Positions 11,235 through 20,936 of a stretch of 29,557 nt of DNA are shown here, piece by piece (within the stretch, counting starts at the first letter, position 1; every line of letters starts with the position of its first letter). This stretch comes from Octopus sinensis. Lineage: Eukaryota. The translations under genes were made by a program, and so were the position numbers. The notes beneath the pieces were generated by a model that had not been told where the DNA came from, did not search any database, and saw only the letters and a program-made list of their open reading frames with translations. The stretch spans positions 1 to 29,557 of the forward strand of contig NW_021833205.1 in the NCBI RefSeq assembly GCF_006345805.1, read 5' to 3'.

Positions 11235-11621
11235 AAGGCGGCGAGCTGGCAGAAACGTTAGCACGTCAGACGGTATTTTGTCTGTCGTTACGTTCTGAGT
11301 TCAAATTCCGCCGAGGTCGACTTTGCCTTTCATCCTTTCGGGGTCGATTAAATAAGTACCAGTTACACACTGGGGTCGATATAATCGATTTAATCCGTTT
11401 GTCTGTCCTTGTTTGTCCCCTCTGTGTTTAGCCCCTTGTGGTTAGTAAAGAAATAGGTATTTCGTCTGTCTTTACGTTCTGAGTTCAAATTCCGCCGGGG
11501 TCGACTTTGCTTTTCATCGTTTCGGGATCGATAAATTAAATACCAGTTGCGTACTGGGGTCGATGTAATCGACTGGTCCCCCTCTCCAAAAATTTCGGGC
11601 CTTATGCCTAGAGTAGAAAAG
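11235..11621 (+). mobile_element. SINE family A dimer (head-body-alternative tail-body-standard tail)
   Basis: Junction AAAGAAATA|GGTATTTCG at about 11455. A single 17-bp TSD TATATAGTTCTTAAACA at 11218-11234 and 11622-11638 flanks the whole dimer. Confidence 0.92.
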
Positions 11622-11946
11622 TATATAGTTCTTAAACACTGACCATAAAGTAAAACTAAAACATCTTTGAACATAAGTGTGCTCGACCAAATCTGTCTTC
11701 TGACTGAACAACAACGATAACGTTTATGTTTAATGGAAAGGAAAACGATACAAAAACGAAATAAAAATCAAAATATCCCATTTCTCTCCCCAAAAAACAA
11801 TAATATTTGTGCCTTATCTAAAGGGTACCAATATATTGCAGCAAGTTGTGTCTGCCATAACAAAAATATAAACTCAGAAAAACCAAGTCTATTAGCCCAT
11901 TTTCTATTCCGAATTGAAGCCAATTGTCTTTGGACAAAATATTGGA

Positions 11947-12120
11947 TTCAAATTTTGGCAAAAAGGCCAGCAATTTGCGGGAATGGGATAAGTCGATTGG
12001 TACTTATTTTATCGATCTCAAAAAGATGTATGCTTAAGTCGACCACGGATCATAAAGACAGACAAAATGCCGCAATGCATTTTACCCGCCGTACTAACGA
12101 TTTTAGCAGTTCAATGCCCT
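11947..12120 (-). mobile_element. Decayed SINE family A copy with internal deletions
   Basis: CAAATTTTGGCAAAAAGGCCAGCAATTT...TGGTACTTATTTTATCGA...GTCGACC...CTAACGATT. Confidence 0.7.
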
Positions 12121-12337
12121 GACTCTGGATAAAGATTGTTTAATCTAACTTCTCGCAATGAATGTTTATACTTTATTTAATCAACTTATCTTTAATATAG
12201 ACCAGAAAGTCACGAGTTCCGCAAATAAAAAAGCAATGAAATTTTTGGTTGGCTGAATTCACGAACCGTAATGAATCTTGGTTGAAATCGTTCTACACTA
12301 CTTGTTTTTTTTTTTTTGTTGTTTTGTTCCTTCTCGA

Positions 12338-12614
12338 GCCATGCCTGGCACATAAGGGCCGGTTTCCTGGTTTCCTTGGTGTATAGGTTCCCCACCTGGA
12401 CGGGACGCCGGTTCGTCGCAGGTGAGCTGCAAGGGGAAAGAGTGAGAGAAAGTTGTGGCGAAAGAGTCAGCAGAAGTTCGCCATTACTTTCTGCCAGAGC
12501 CGCGTGGAGCTTAGGTGTTTCGCGCATAAACACACACATCACCCGGTCTGAGATTCGAACTCGCGATCGTTCGACTGCGAGTCCGCTGCTCTAACCACTA
12601 GGCCATGTGCCTCC
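12338..12614 (-). mobile_element. SINE with family B head and tail X
   Basis: Head and body match family B up to AGAGTGAGAGAAAGTTGTGG. The tail is instead the CCTGCGACGAACCGGCGTCCCGTCCAG...GGAAACCGGCCCTTATG type. Confidence 0.82.
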
Positions 12615-13429
12615 ACTCTTCTCTACTTCATAAATATCCGTCGTATATGTTAAGATATTTCGGTAAGGTTTCTTTCTATACAGACGTACATAACCTAACC
12701 GTCCGATCAGTAAGTTCATTTTAACTGACAAAGATTTTTATGTTGACCTCATTATGACGTTACTTAATACACATTCCCCGCAACATACAATACAAACAAA
12801 ATCAATATCTTCAAATTCATATGGCAGAAAGTAGAGAAGAGGTTACCAATTTAAGCTTATCGTTTTCTAGTCGATAATATAAGTATCATACTTCACTGAT
12901 AAAAACCACTTGAGCCCTATTAGCTTAGCCCTGCGCACGCTAAGTTGAAACGAAAACAATGTCTGTTAAGGCTATTATAGCAAGCGTCTTCCGAATTTCC
13001 TTCTGCTGGTGGAAGTAGAAATGTTTAGGCCGACTTTGACAGCGTTGCGGCATGAGAACTAGCACTGTACCACGACAGATGGTGGCTGGTATAATAAGCC
13101 TTCCATATATTACTTAACCTTAGATTTATCTTTAAAATTGTATACTACTACAAAGAACACATCACTTATTTAATCAAACGACATTATATATATATATATA
13201 TATACTGCTTTTAAGCAACACAATTTTAAACCACATTATACGTTATTTGAAATACCGCTTTTAAGAAGACTTATCACTTATCCAGTCAAGCATTCCGATA
13301 TGTTCAGGGAATTCAGACACAATTATATATGTGTGTAGTTATATGCAAGGAATAATTTGTGCGTCTGGTGACGTTATATAAATAATGGGATTCACTCAAT
13401 TGTAATGGCCAACGCTAATGAATACGCCA

Positions 13430-13477
13430 TACATACATATATGCATATATAATATATTATATACATATATATATATC

Positions 13478-13508
<31 letters not shown>

Positions 13509-13820
13509 AAAATTAAAAATATATATATATATAAATTTAAATAATCTTTTAAATTTTAACTTCAAATTTAAATAATTTAAATTTTGAATTTTATATTTTA
13601 TATATTTTGTATATTATTAATTAATTTTATTTCTATGTATTCGTTTATGTTTTTCACTGTTTGATTTGCCTAATAGTGGTTTTATCTCTAATTAATATAT
13701 ATATATATGTATGTATGTAATGTATGTATGTATGTATGTATGTATGTATGTATGTATGATTATGTAATGTGTATGTATGTAGTGTGTGTGTGTGTGTGTG
13801 TGTATACATATATATTTGTA

Positions 13821-13865
<45 letters not shown>

Positions 13866-13896
13866 TATATATATATTTGTACTGTATATATATATC

Positions 13897-13934
<38 letters not shown>
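13430..13934. repeat. AT-rich low-complexity and (TA)n/(TATG)n/(TG)n tracts
   Basis: Directly visible. Confidence 0.9.
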
Positions 13935-13936
<2 letters not shown>

Positions 13937-14176
13937 GGATTGATTGACTGATTGTGAATGATTATGTTTATATATTCTTATATATATATATAGAATACTG
14001 TTGAATTAGATACTTAAATTGCAGCACCTCTGAGGTCGGTATAATCCGAACACCTATACAATATTAATCGAATATTGAATATCAAGATTCCGTGTATATT
14101 GCATATTTTGAGTTCAATTGTTGTTGTGAATATGCTAAGGAAATGGTTGTATCCTTTATGTTTTAAATCCATGCGG

Positions 14177-14259
14177 TCATCTGATGAGAACCGTTTCTTT
14201 CAAATGATGTTAAGTTTTCATTAATCGATTAAAGGAGCCGTTTGAAACGGCCGTAATGA
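14177..14259 (+). ncRNA. Type I hammerhead ribozyme-like motif
   Basis: Stem I TCAT/ATGA, core CTGATGA (14181-14187), long imperfect stem II starting GAAC/GTTT, GAAA (14244-14247), palindromic stem III ACGGCCGT, GUA cleavage triplet (cut after 14255). Confidence 0.65.
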
Positions 14260-14273
14260 ATTGACACCTGTAC

Positions 14274-14325
<52 letters not shown>

Positions 14326-14540
14326 ATATATATATAATATATATATATGTAAATATATATATATACATTGCTATATGTATATACACACATATGGCCTATT
14401 ACGTGGTGTGTGTTATTCTCGGATAATTCATGGTGGCTATAGTATCATTTGAGGTCTATTTTTCAGTGCGTCGTGAGGCGCAGGCCATGCCCTTGTTAGA
14501 ATTATGTATATAATTATAAAATATTTATACATTATATAAA

Positions 14541-14718
14541 GGGCAGACAAACGGATTAAGTCGATTATATCGGGCCCCAGTGCGTAACTGGTACTTAATT
14601 TATCGACCCTGAAAGGATGAAAGGCAAAGTCGACCTCGGCGGAATTTGAACTCAGAATGTAGCGACGAGTGAAATACCGCTAGGCATTTCGCCCGGCGTG
14701 CTAACGTTTTTGCCAGCT
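14541..14718 (-). mobile_element. SINE family A fragment with part of the alternative tail
   Basis: GCAGACAAACGGATTAAGTCGATTATATCG...GTCGACCTCGGCGGAATTTGAACTCAGAA...GCCAGCT. Confidence 0.85.
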
Positions 14719-14732
14719 ATATATATATATAT

Positions 14733-14998
14733 ATCATCATCATCATTATCATCTTTGTTCAGCGTCCGCTTTCCATGCTTGCATGGGTTGGACAGTTCAA
14801 CTGGGGTCTGGGAAGCCAGAAGGCTGCACCAGGCCCAGTCTGATCTGGCAATGTTTCAACGGCTGGATGCCCTTCCTAACGCCAACCACTCCGTGAGTGT
14901 AGTGGGTGCTTTTTACGTGCCACCGGCACAGGTGCGAGACGAAGTCGGCAAACGGCCACGATTGGATGGTGCTTTTTACGTGCCACCGGCACAGGAGC

Positions 14999-15000
<2 letters not shown>
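14733..15000 (-). mobile_element. 3' part of a SINE/LINE-tail element (family E) with (GAT)n tail and an internal 28-bp direct repeat
   Basis: Minus strand GGTTGGCGTTAGGAAGGGCATCCAGCCG...GCATGGAAAGCGGACGCTGAAC...(GAT)n. GGTGCTTTTTACGTGCCACCGGCACAGG occurs at 14905-14932 and 14968-14995. Confidence 0.75.
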
Positions 15001-15035
<35 letters not shown>

Positions 15036-15157
15036 GCACACATAGATCGACGTAAATATGTACACACAGCGAATCCTGCAACAGAAGCCGAACACTAAAC
15101 AGTGTAGAACTCTATGTTAATATGCACAAAGAACTCATTCCAAAAGAGATATACATA

Positions 15158-15373
15158 CGAGGAAGTTCTGAAAAGTTTCTAGCTTTGGTAAAAGATAATA
15201 CAGTAGGGACAGCTAATTATAATTTTGTTCAACATATTCCCCTCTCAGATTCAAACACTTATTGCAGCGGTTCCTTAGTTTTTCTAAACCCTGTAAAAGA
15301 ACTCGGAAGGTGGGGCCTTCAACGAGGCCCTTTGCGATACCTTTAAAGCCAGGTACTTTGCTGCGCCCCTTCG
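15158..15373. mobile_element. Mariner-type MITE
   Basis: Degenerate TIRs TA|CGAGGAAGTTCTGAAAAGTTTCTAGCTTT and AAAGCCAGGTACTTTGCTGCGCCCCTTCG|TA, with TA duplication and no ORF. Confidence 0.7.
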
Positions 15374-15605
15374 TATGTATACACATATACATCTGTCCTT
15401 CTATCAAACTACCTATCAGTCTATCTCTTTATTCATCTATCTATTTATCGAGCTAGCGAACAAAATGTCTGCCTTCTCACCTAACTATTTATCTACTTAT
15501 ACTGCTATGTAAAGTCTTTTGTCATGTTAACCCATTTGGACATCTTACTAATGATAGTATCCGAACAGTTAGAACAGAATAATGGGGAATGTTTATTTAA
15601 TTTTT

Positions 15606-15644
<39 letters not shown>

Positions 15645-15745
15645 ACAATTGAGGGTAAAATTAATTAGTTATTAATCAATTTCACCAAGTAGTGTTCAGT
15701 ATGTAAAAGGACCATTTAAGGCGAATTCAAATATTATTATAATAT

Positions 15746-16218
15746 AATTAGGGCTTAGTAAAGTAAATTACTTTGCCACATACTGAACTTTCTAGAAATA
15801 GCAGCCAAAAAGTTTTTTAGCCATTTCACCACGTGGGGAATGGGGAGAGAGCAGGAATCTTCGCTTGCGCATTTTGAATTTGTTAGTACTGGCAGTCTGA
15901 GCGTGTTCATCTGAGGTGAATACGTCGCCGAAGGTATGTTCTTCCTTTTAGTGCTTCCAAAGCCAAATTAAGAAATGTTGAGCTGACGAAAGAAATCTGA
16001 GTTTATTTGGCTAATCTAGAAACGTTAACGTTCTCAAATGATCTTTGTACTTGTGATATTTTTCTGTTTTTACCTCCATACCTTCGTGAGTTATTTATGA
16101 GTAAACATTATCTGAGAGAAATTTTCTTAAAGTGGTGGAAATGGCTAAAAAACTTTTTGGCTGCTATTTCTAGAAAGTTCAGTATGTGGCAAAGTAATTA
16201 CTTTACTAAGCCCTAATT
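15746..16218 (+). mobile_element. Inverted-repeat cassette (about 87-bp near-perfect arms) carrying a hammerhead motif; probable Penelope-like remnant
   Basis: Arms at 15746-15832 and 16132-16218 are reverse complements. The cassette is followed by (TA)n and has a hammerhead at 15978-16037. Confidence 0.65.
15978..16037 (+). ncRNA. Type I hammerhead ribozyme-like motif
   Basis: Stem I TTGAG/CTCAA, core CTGACGA (15983-15989), GAAA (16019-16022), palindromic stem III ACGTTAACGT, GUU triplet (cut after 16032). Stem II pairs poorly (AGA/TCT only, with an A-A mismatch at its base). Confidence 0.6.
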
Positions 16219-16231
16219 TTACTATATATAT

Positions 16232-16294
<63 letters not shown>

Positions 16295-16313
16295 ATATAT
16301 ATATATATATAAT

Positions 16314-16558
16314 AAGTGGCTGAGCATTCCACAGACACGTGTACCCCTAACGTAATTCTCAGGGAGATTCAGTGTGACACAAAGTGTGACAAGGCTAGTC
16401 CTTTTGAAATACAGTTACCACTCATTTTTGGCAGCTGAGTGGACTGGAGCAACGTGAAATAAAGTGTCTTGCTCAAGAACACAACGCTTCACCGGGAATC
16501 GAATTCACATCCTTATGATCATGAGCCGAATGCCCTAAACACTAAGCCACGCGCCCTC
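16314..16558 (-). mobile_element. CORE-type SINE with tail Y, 3' end lost into (TA)n
   Basis: AGTGGCTGAGCATTCCACAGACACGTGTACC (tail Y) plus CAGCTGAGTGGACTGGAGCAACGTGAAATAAAGTGTCTTGCTCAAG (CORE) plus the tRNA head. Confidence 0.85.
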
Positions 16559-16858
16559 ACACACACACACACCTATATATATATACTACACTACACTACA
16601 CCATACGACATTACACATCACATCATACATACATACACACGTCCAGACCTTTCATACGCACATACATACTCTCTCATACACACACGCACCCTTATGTTGG
16701 GGCGAGGTCATTTGACCTTGTTATCTCCCCTACTATCCCTCTTGCGTCTAACGTCTGATCTCTGACTTCTGGTCGAAATCAGACCGCCATGTTGATTCGT
16801 TAGCTCCTGCACGCATTTTTTTCTCTCCTTGTTTCTCTCCGTGTTTCTTTTCTGTGTA

Positions 16859-16896
16859 TCTTTCTGTTGAAGAGCGTAGGCTCGAAACGTAAAAGA
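16859..16896 (+). ncRNA. Minimal type I hammerhead-like motif, variant core (A6U, extra A after A9)
   Basis: TCTTT CTGTTGA A GAG CGTAGG CTC GAAA CGT A AAAGA: stem I TCTTT/AAAGA, stem II GAG/CTC, palindromic stem III ACGT, GUA triplet. Confidence 0.6.
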
Positions 16897-16990
16897 CTTG
16901 TTTTATTTCTATTCCTGAGCGCCATACAAATACAATTGTTTGTTTGTACTCCACCTGCCTTCGTCTTTGTTTATTTTCGTAAAGCTCCTG

Positions 16991-17059
<69 letters not shown>

Positions 17060-17175
17060 GGATAATAAAAATAATGGTTTACACCTGGTAGCTCACTGGT
17101 TAAAGCACAATCACTTTCACAGCGGTATATAGCAAATGAAGGACGGAAGGTGGAATATACAAGAATTTATTATTA

Positions 17176-17281
17176 ATCACGACAATTGTTTCGACACATG
17201 TAGCATCGATTCCTCTTGGGTGGGACACTCAACAACTGGTTCAGGAGCATCCGGTGGTGCAGATGTATCTCGTCGGGTGAT
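17176..17281 (-). ncRNA. Type I hammerhead ribozyme-like motif (U4C change)
   Basis: Minus strand ATCAC CCGACGA GATACAT...ATGTGTC GAAA CAATTG TC GTGAT: 5-bp stem I, 7-bp stem II base, palindromic ACAATTGT, GUC triplet. AATAAA follows 4 nt downstream of stem I. Confidence 0.65.
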
Positions 17282-17943
17282 ATATAAATGCAACTCGTTA
17301 AAATAACTGTTCTGCAATGTAACTTGCCGTTTTGTAGAAACAAAAGCAACCAGACGGAAGAAATATCTTCATTTATATAGAAGTTCAAAAATAAAATCAC
17401 AGATGGTAAAAAGAGAAACGAACGCGCAATCCAGCGAGAAAAGTATTTTAAATAACTGTTAACAGATATGGATGTATAAACGCCCTCGGGAAAGGCCACT
17501 CGCTCATACAAGCATCCGCAAAAGTGTGAGCATACGCACACGTGAGCTTTACTGCACTCATGATCACAAAGCGAGTTAGCTATCTAATTGGTGTTTGTAA
17601 GAATAGGAAGGTTAAAAGCAAACTGAAGTCATCCATACCTTAAAATAAATTAAATTAAGTTAACGGTTTCTCAAAATTCATTCCCATTGCATTGTGCGAA
17701 AGTACATTTATATGCGTGTAGGCATCTCGAGAGTCGGTCAGAAATTCTATTAATGATCTTTTTTCGTTAGTTCACAGAATAGACAGGGATTCCTCGGAAC
17801 AGAGAGACATCTTCTGGAAATTGTATTGTATGGTTTCGCGTACCTTACGATGGACCGATTAATGCTGTACTTCGTTTTATCCTCCTTCAGTCGCCATACA
17901 AAATCTGCCAAATCTTCTATCTTTCATTTGCCATATATATAAA

Positions 17944-18075
17944 TATGACGTGCTTCTTTCAGTTTCAGTCTACCATGGTCGGGCCGAGATTATAGTAGAA
18001 GACACTCATCTAAGGTACCACGCAGTGGAACTGAACCCGGAAACAAACTTCTTACCACACAGCCACACGGCGCCT
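17944..18075 (-). mobile_element. SINE family F 5' fragment, decayed
   Basis: CTTCTTTCAGTTTCAGTCTACC...GAAGACACT...CACGCAGTGGAACTGAACCCGGAA...CTTACCACACAGCCAC. Confidence 0.75.
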
Positions 18076-18567
18076 AAATCGAGCAAATTATAAATAACAA
18101 TGGAATATTTACTGACTGGGATCACAATACTAAGAGTGGACTAAAATTTGTTGTAAATTTCGTGCTGGCTGGGGTTTTATGTTTTCCCTGACAGCTTATT
18201 CAACCAATCTGGTTAAATAAGGTGCCAGCGGAACTCGAAACAATAACATAAACAGAAAAAACAAATGTGAAACCTTCCCTCTTTACACTGGCTTTTAAAC
18301 ACACACACACACATAAACACATACACACATCTGCCATCAGATATCAGAAAGACAACAAGAAATTTCCAAGCTCAGTGGTATCGAGTATAGATAAAATCCC
18401 AAACACATCTAACACAGCGATTGAAGTAAGTATTGCACTCCCCAAAATGTCCATCTACTCATATCCCGAATATGGTCGTCAAACCAGATGTCACATAAGC
18501 GTCCTAGGAATTAGTGATCACGCTTGCGTGGGAGTTAATTCCGGGCAGAAGCGAGACGTGTTTTGGA

Positions 18568-18855
18568 GAACATAAGAATAATGGAAAATGGAAACAAACG
18601 CTCAAGATGTTATTTAAATCATCTATGTCACCATATCACCGACATATGTTTCGATGGATGCATTAAAATAAATGTCTTATTCATGCACACTGTTATTTAT
18701 ATCCTCCCTGATAAGAGTGATGCATTGTACCACATTTTTCACCCTCTCGGATTTATTTTAATGCATCTATCGAAACATATGTCGGTGATATGGCGGTATA
18801 AATGATTTAAATAACATCTTGAGCGTTTGTCGCCATTTTCCATTACTCTTGTGTC
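18568..18855 (+). mobile_element. Inverted-repeat cassette (about 105-bp arms) with hammerhead motif; probable Penelope-like remnant
   Basis: Arms at 18568-18673 and 18751-18855 are reverse complements with a few mismatches. The cassette ends in (TA)n. Confidence 0.7.
18700..18790 (+). ncRNA. Decayed type I hammerhead-like motif (G8A change)
   Basis: TATCCTCC CTGATAA GAGTGATGCATT...AATGCATCTATC GAAA CATATG TC GGTGATA: bulged stem I, 10 of 12 pairs in stem II, palindromic ACATATGT, GUC triplet (cut after 18783). Confidence 0.55.
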
Positions 18856-18892
18856 TATATATATAGATATATGTATGTATGTGTGTATTTAT

Positions 18893-18925
<33 letters not shown>

Positions 18926-19089
18926 GCCGCAGGAGTGGCTGTGTGGTAGTAGCTTGCTAACCAACCACATGGTTCCGGGTTCAGTCCCACTGCGTGGCAT
19001 CTTGGGCAAGTGTCTTCTGCTATAGCCCCGGGCCGACCAATGCCTTGTGAGTGGATTTGGTAGACGGAAACTGAAAGAAGCCTGTCGTA

Positions 19090-19148
<59 letters not shown>

Positions 19149-19370
19149 ATTGTGTGTGTATATGTCTGTTTTGTTCCCTTAGCATGCTTGACTTGACAAC
19201 CGATGATGGTGTGTTTACGTCCCCGTCACTTAGCGGTTCGGCAAAACAGACCGATAGAATAAGTACCGGGCTTACAAAGAATAAGTCCCGGGGTCGATTT
19301 GCTCAACTAAAGGCGGTGCTCCAGCATGGCCGCAGTCAAATGACTGAAACAAATAAAAGAGTAAAAGAGT
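18926..19370 (+). mobile_element. SINE family F (CORE-type) full length with an internal (TA)n/(TG)n tract
   Basis: Head GCAGGAGTGGCTGTGTGGTA...GGTTCAGTCCC, CORE CATCTTGGGCAAGTGTCTT, microsatellite at about 19088-19160 and tail ...CAGTCAAATGACTGAAAC...GTAAAAGAG. Confidence 0.9.
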
Positions 19371-19392
19371 AATATAGTAGTCATAATAATAG

Positions 19393-19924
19393 TAATCCTT
19401 GGATGGAATTTATAAATATTTTAATGCATCACTACACGCGTTTCCACAAATCACATGTTTCTTACGATCATAGTCCGTATGACTATTTCTGAGTTCATTA
19501 AGGAGGCGCCTGGTATGCTTGAGGTCAAACAAAAGAATTATACTACCTGTCCTGTCATCTGCATACTCAATATCAAAATAAATCCATCACCACCACACAC
19601 ACCTCCATCTCCTTATAACTACAATTCCTTCCTCTCTTTCCATCTCTTTCTACTCCCCCCACCCCGCCAAATACATACACAAATGCCCACATATCCCAAT
19701 CAACCTTTTCATTGGTGAAAATTAATAAGCAACCCTCAGTTAAACATCCGTTAATGCCATATCGCCTGAAGAAACGAATGCATGAGCAGCATCTACCCGA
19801 TGTCCATGGATACTACGAATTGGACTGTAATCATCCCAGGAATACGGTCTATGACCTCAAGAAAATGTGATTTGTTGAAACGCGTGTACTGATGCATTAA
19901 AATATTTATAAATTCCATCCAAGG

Positions 19925-19928
<4 letters not shown>
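19393..19928 (+). mobile_element. Inverted-repeat cassette (about 88-bp arms) ending in (TTA)n; degenerate hammerhead-like core
   Basis: Arms at 19393-19480 and 19842-19928. CTGAAGA (19766-19772)...GAAACGCGT (19877-19885) with stem II AACGAAT/ATTTGTT, but G at position 17 and no stem I. Confidence 0.6.
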
Positions 19929-19959
<31 letters not shown>

Positions 19960-20104
19960 TGTATTTATCCTACATTATACCGACACAGCTCAGTCCGAGC
20001 CCAAAAGCTAGTATTGCCAGTTGGCATCATTAGGCTGTAGCCGGAATAATAAAACAGGATCTCTTATATGCGTATTCAAAACGTTTCCCGTAAACGAGCA
20101 TAAA

Positions 20105-20106
<2 letters not shown>

Positions 20107-20160
<54 letters not shown>

Positions 20161-20227
20161 GTGTATGTATGTATGTATGTATGTATGTATGTATGTATGT
20201 ATGTATGTATGTATGTATTGATGTATG

Positions 20228-20258
<31 letters not shown>

Positions 20259-20306
20259 TGTATGTATTTATGTATGTATGTATGTATGTATGCATGCATT
20301 ATAACT

Positions 20307-20376
<70 letters not shown>

Positions 20377-20400
20377 ATATTATTATATATATATATAATT
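20107..20400. repeat. (TA)n/(TATG)n compound microsatellite
   Basis: Directly visible. Confidence 0.95.
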
Positions 20401-20607
20401 GATATAGGATAAAAATTTTTTCGGGAAAAAAATTTTATCAATGGCCAGCACATCAAAAAATGCCTTTAAGGTAAAATTATACATAATTACAAGATAAGGG
20501 CAGAAGAAAAATTCTAATGCCAGATACGCCGAAACAAAAAATTGTCGATAACCATTAAATTTATGCGTCTCAAAACAAACCGATAGAAATCTCTAAAAAA
20601 TTCGTTA

Positions 20608-20667
20608 TTACCGTATTGGTCCAATTTCGGGGTTAATTCACAAGAAATTTTCTCCTCTTCAGCGGCA
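20608..20667 (-). ncRNA. Type I hammerhead ribozyme motif (left-arm copy)
   Basis: Minus strand TGCCG CTGAAGA GGAG...CCCC GAAA TTGGACCAA TA CGGTA. The core is intact and stem II has one mismatch. Confidence 0.7.
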
Positions 20668-20827
20668 CATACGCGAGATATAAATGAAATACTTATTCAT
20701 ACCCATGGAAGAAGCAAGCACCAAGTCCCGAGCAGACTTAAGTATCCCAAATATATACAAATAGAAAAATCTTCGGTGCACCTCGAGACACGGGTATGAA
20801 TAAGTATTTCATTTATATCTCGCGTAT

Positions 20828-20888
20828 TTGCCGCTGAAGAGGGGAACATTTTTTGTGAATTAACCCCGAAATTGGACCAATACGGTAA
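20828..20888 (+). ncRNA. Type I hammerhead ribozyme motif, fully canonical core
   Basis: TTGCCG CTGAAGA GGGG-19 nt-CCCC GAAA TTGGACCAA TA CGGTAA: 6-bp stem I, G10.1-C11.1, near-palindromic stem III ATTGGACCAAT with a 1-nt loop, AUA triplet (cut after 20882). Confidence 0.78.
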
Positions 20889-20936
20889 TAACGAATTTTT
20901 TTAGAGATTTCTATTGTTTCGAGACGCATAAATTTA

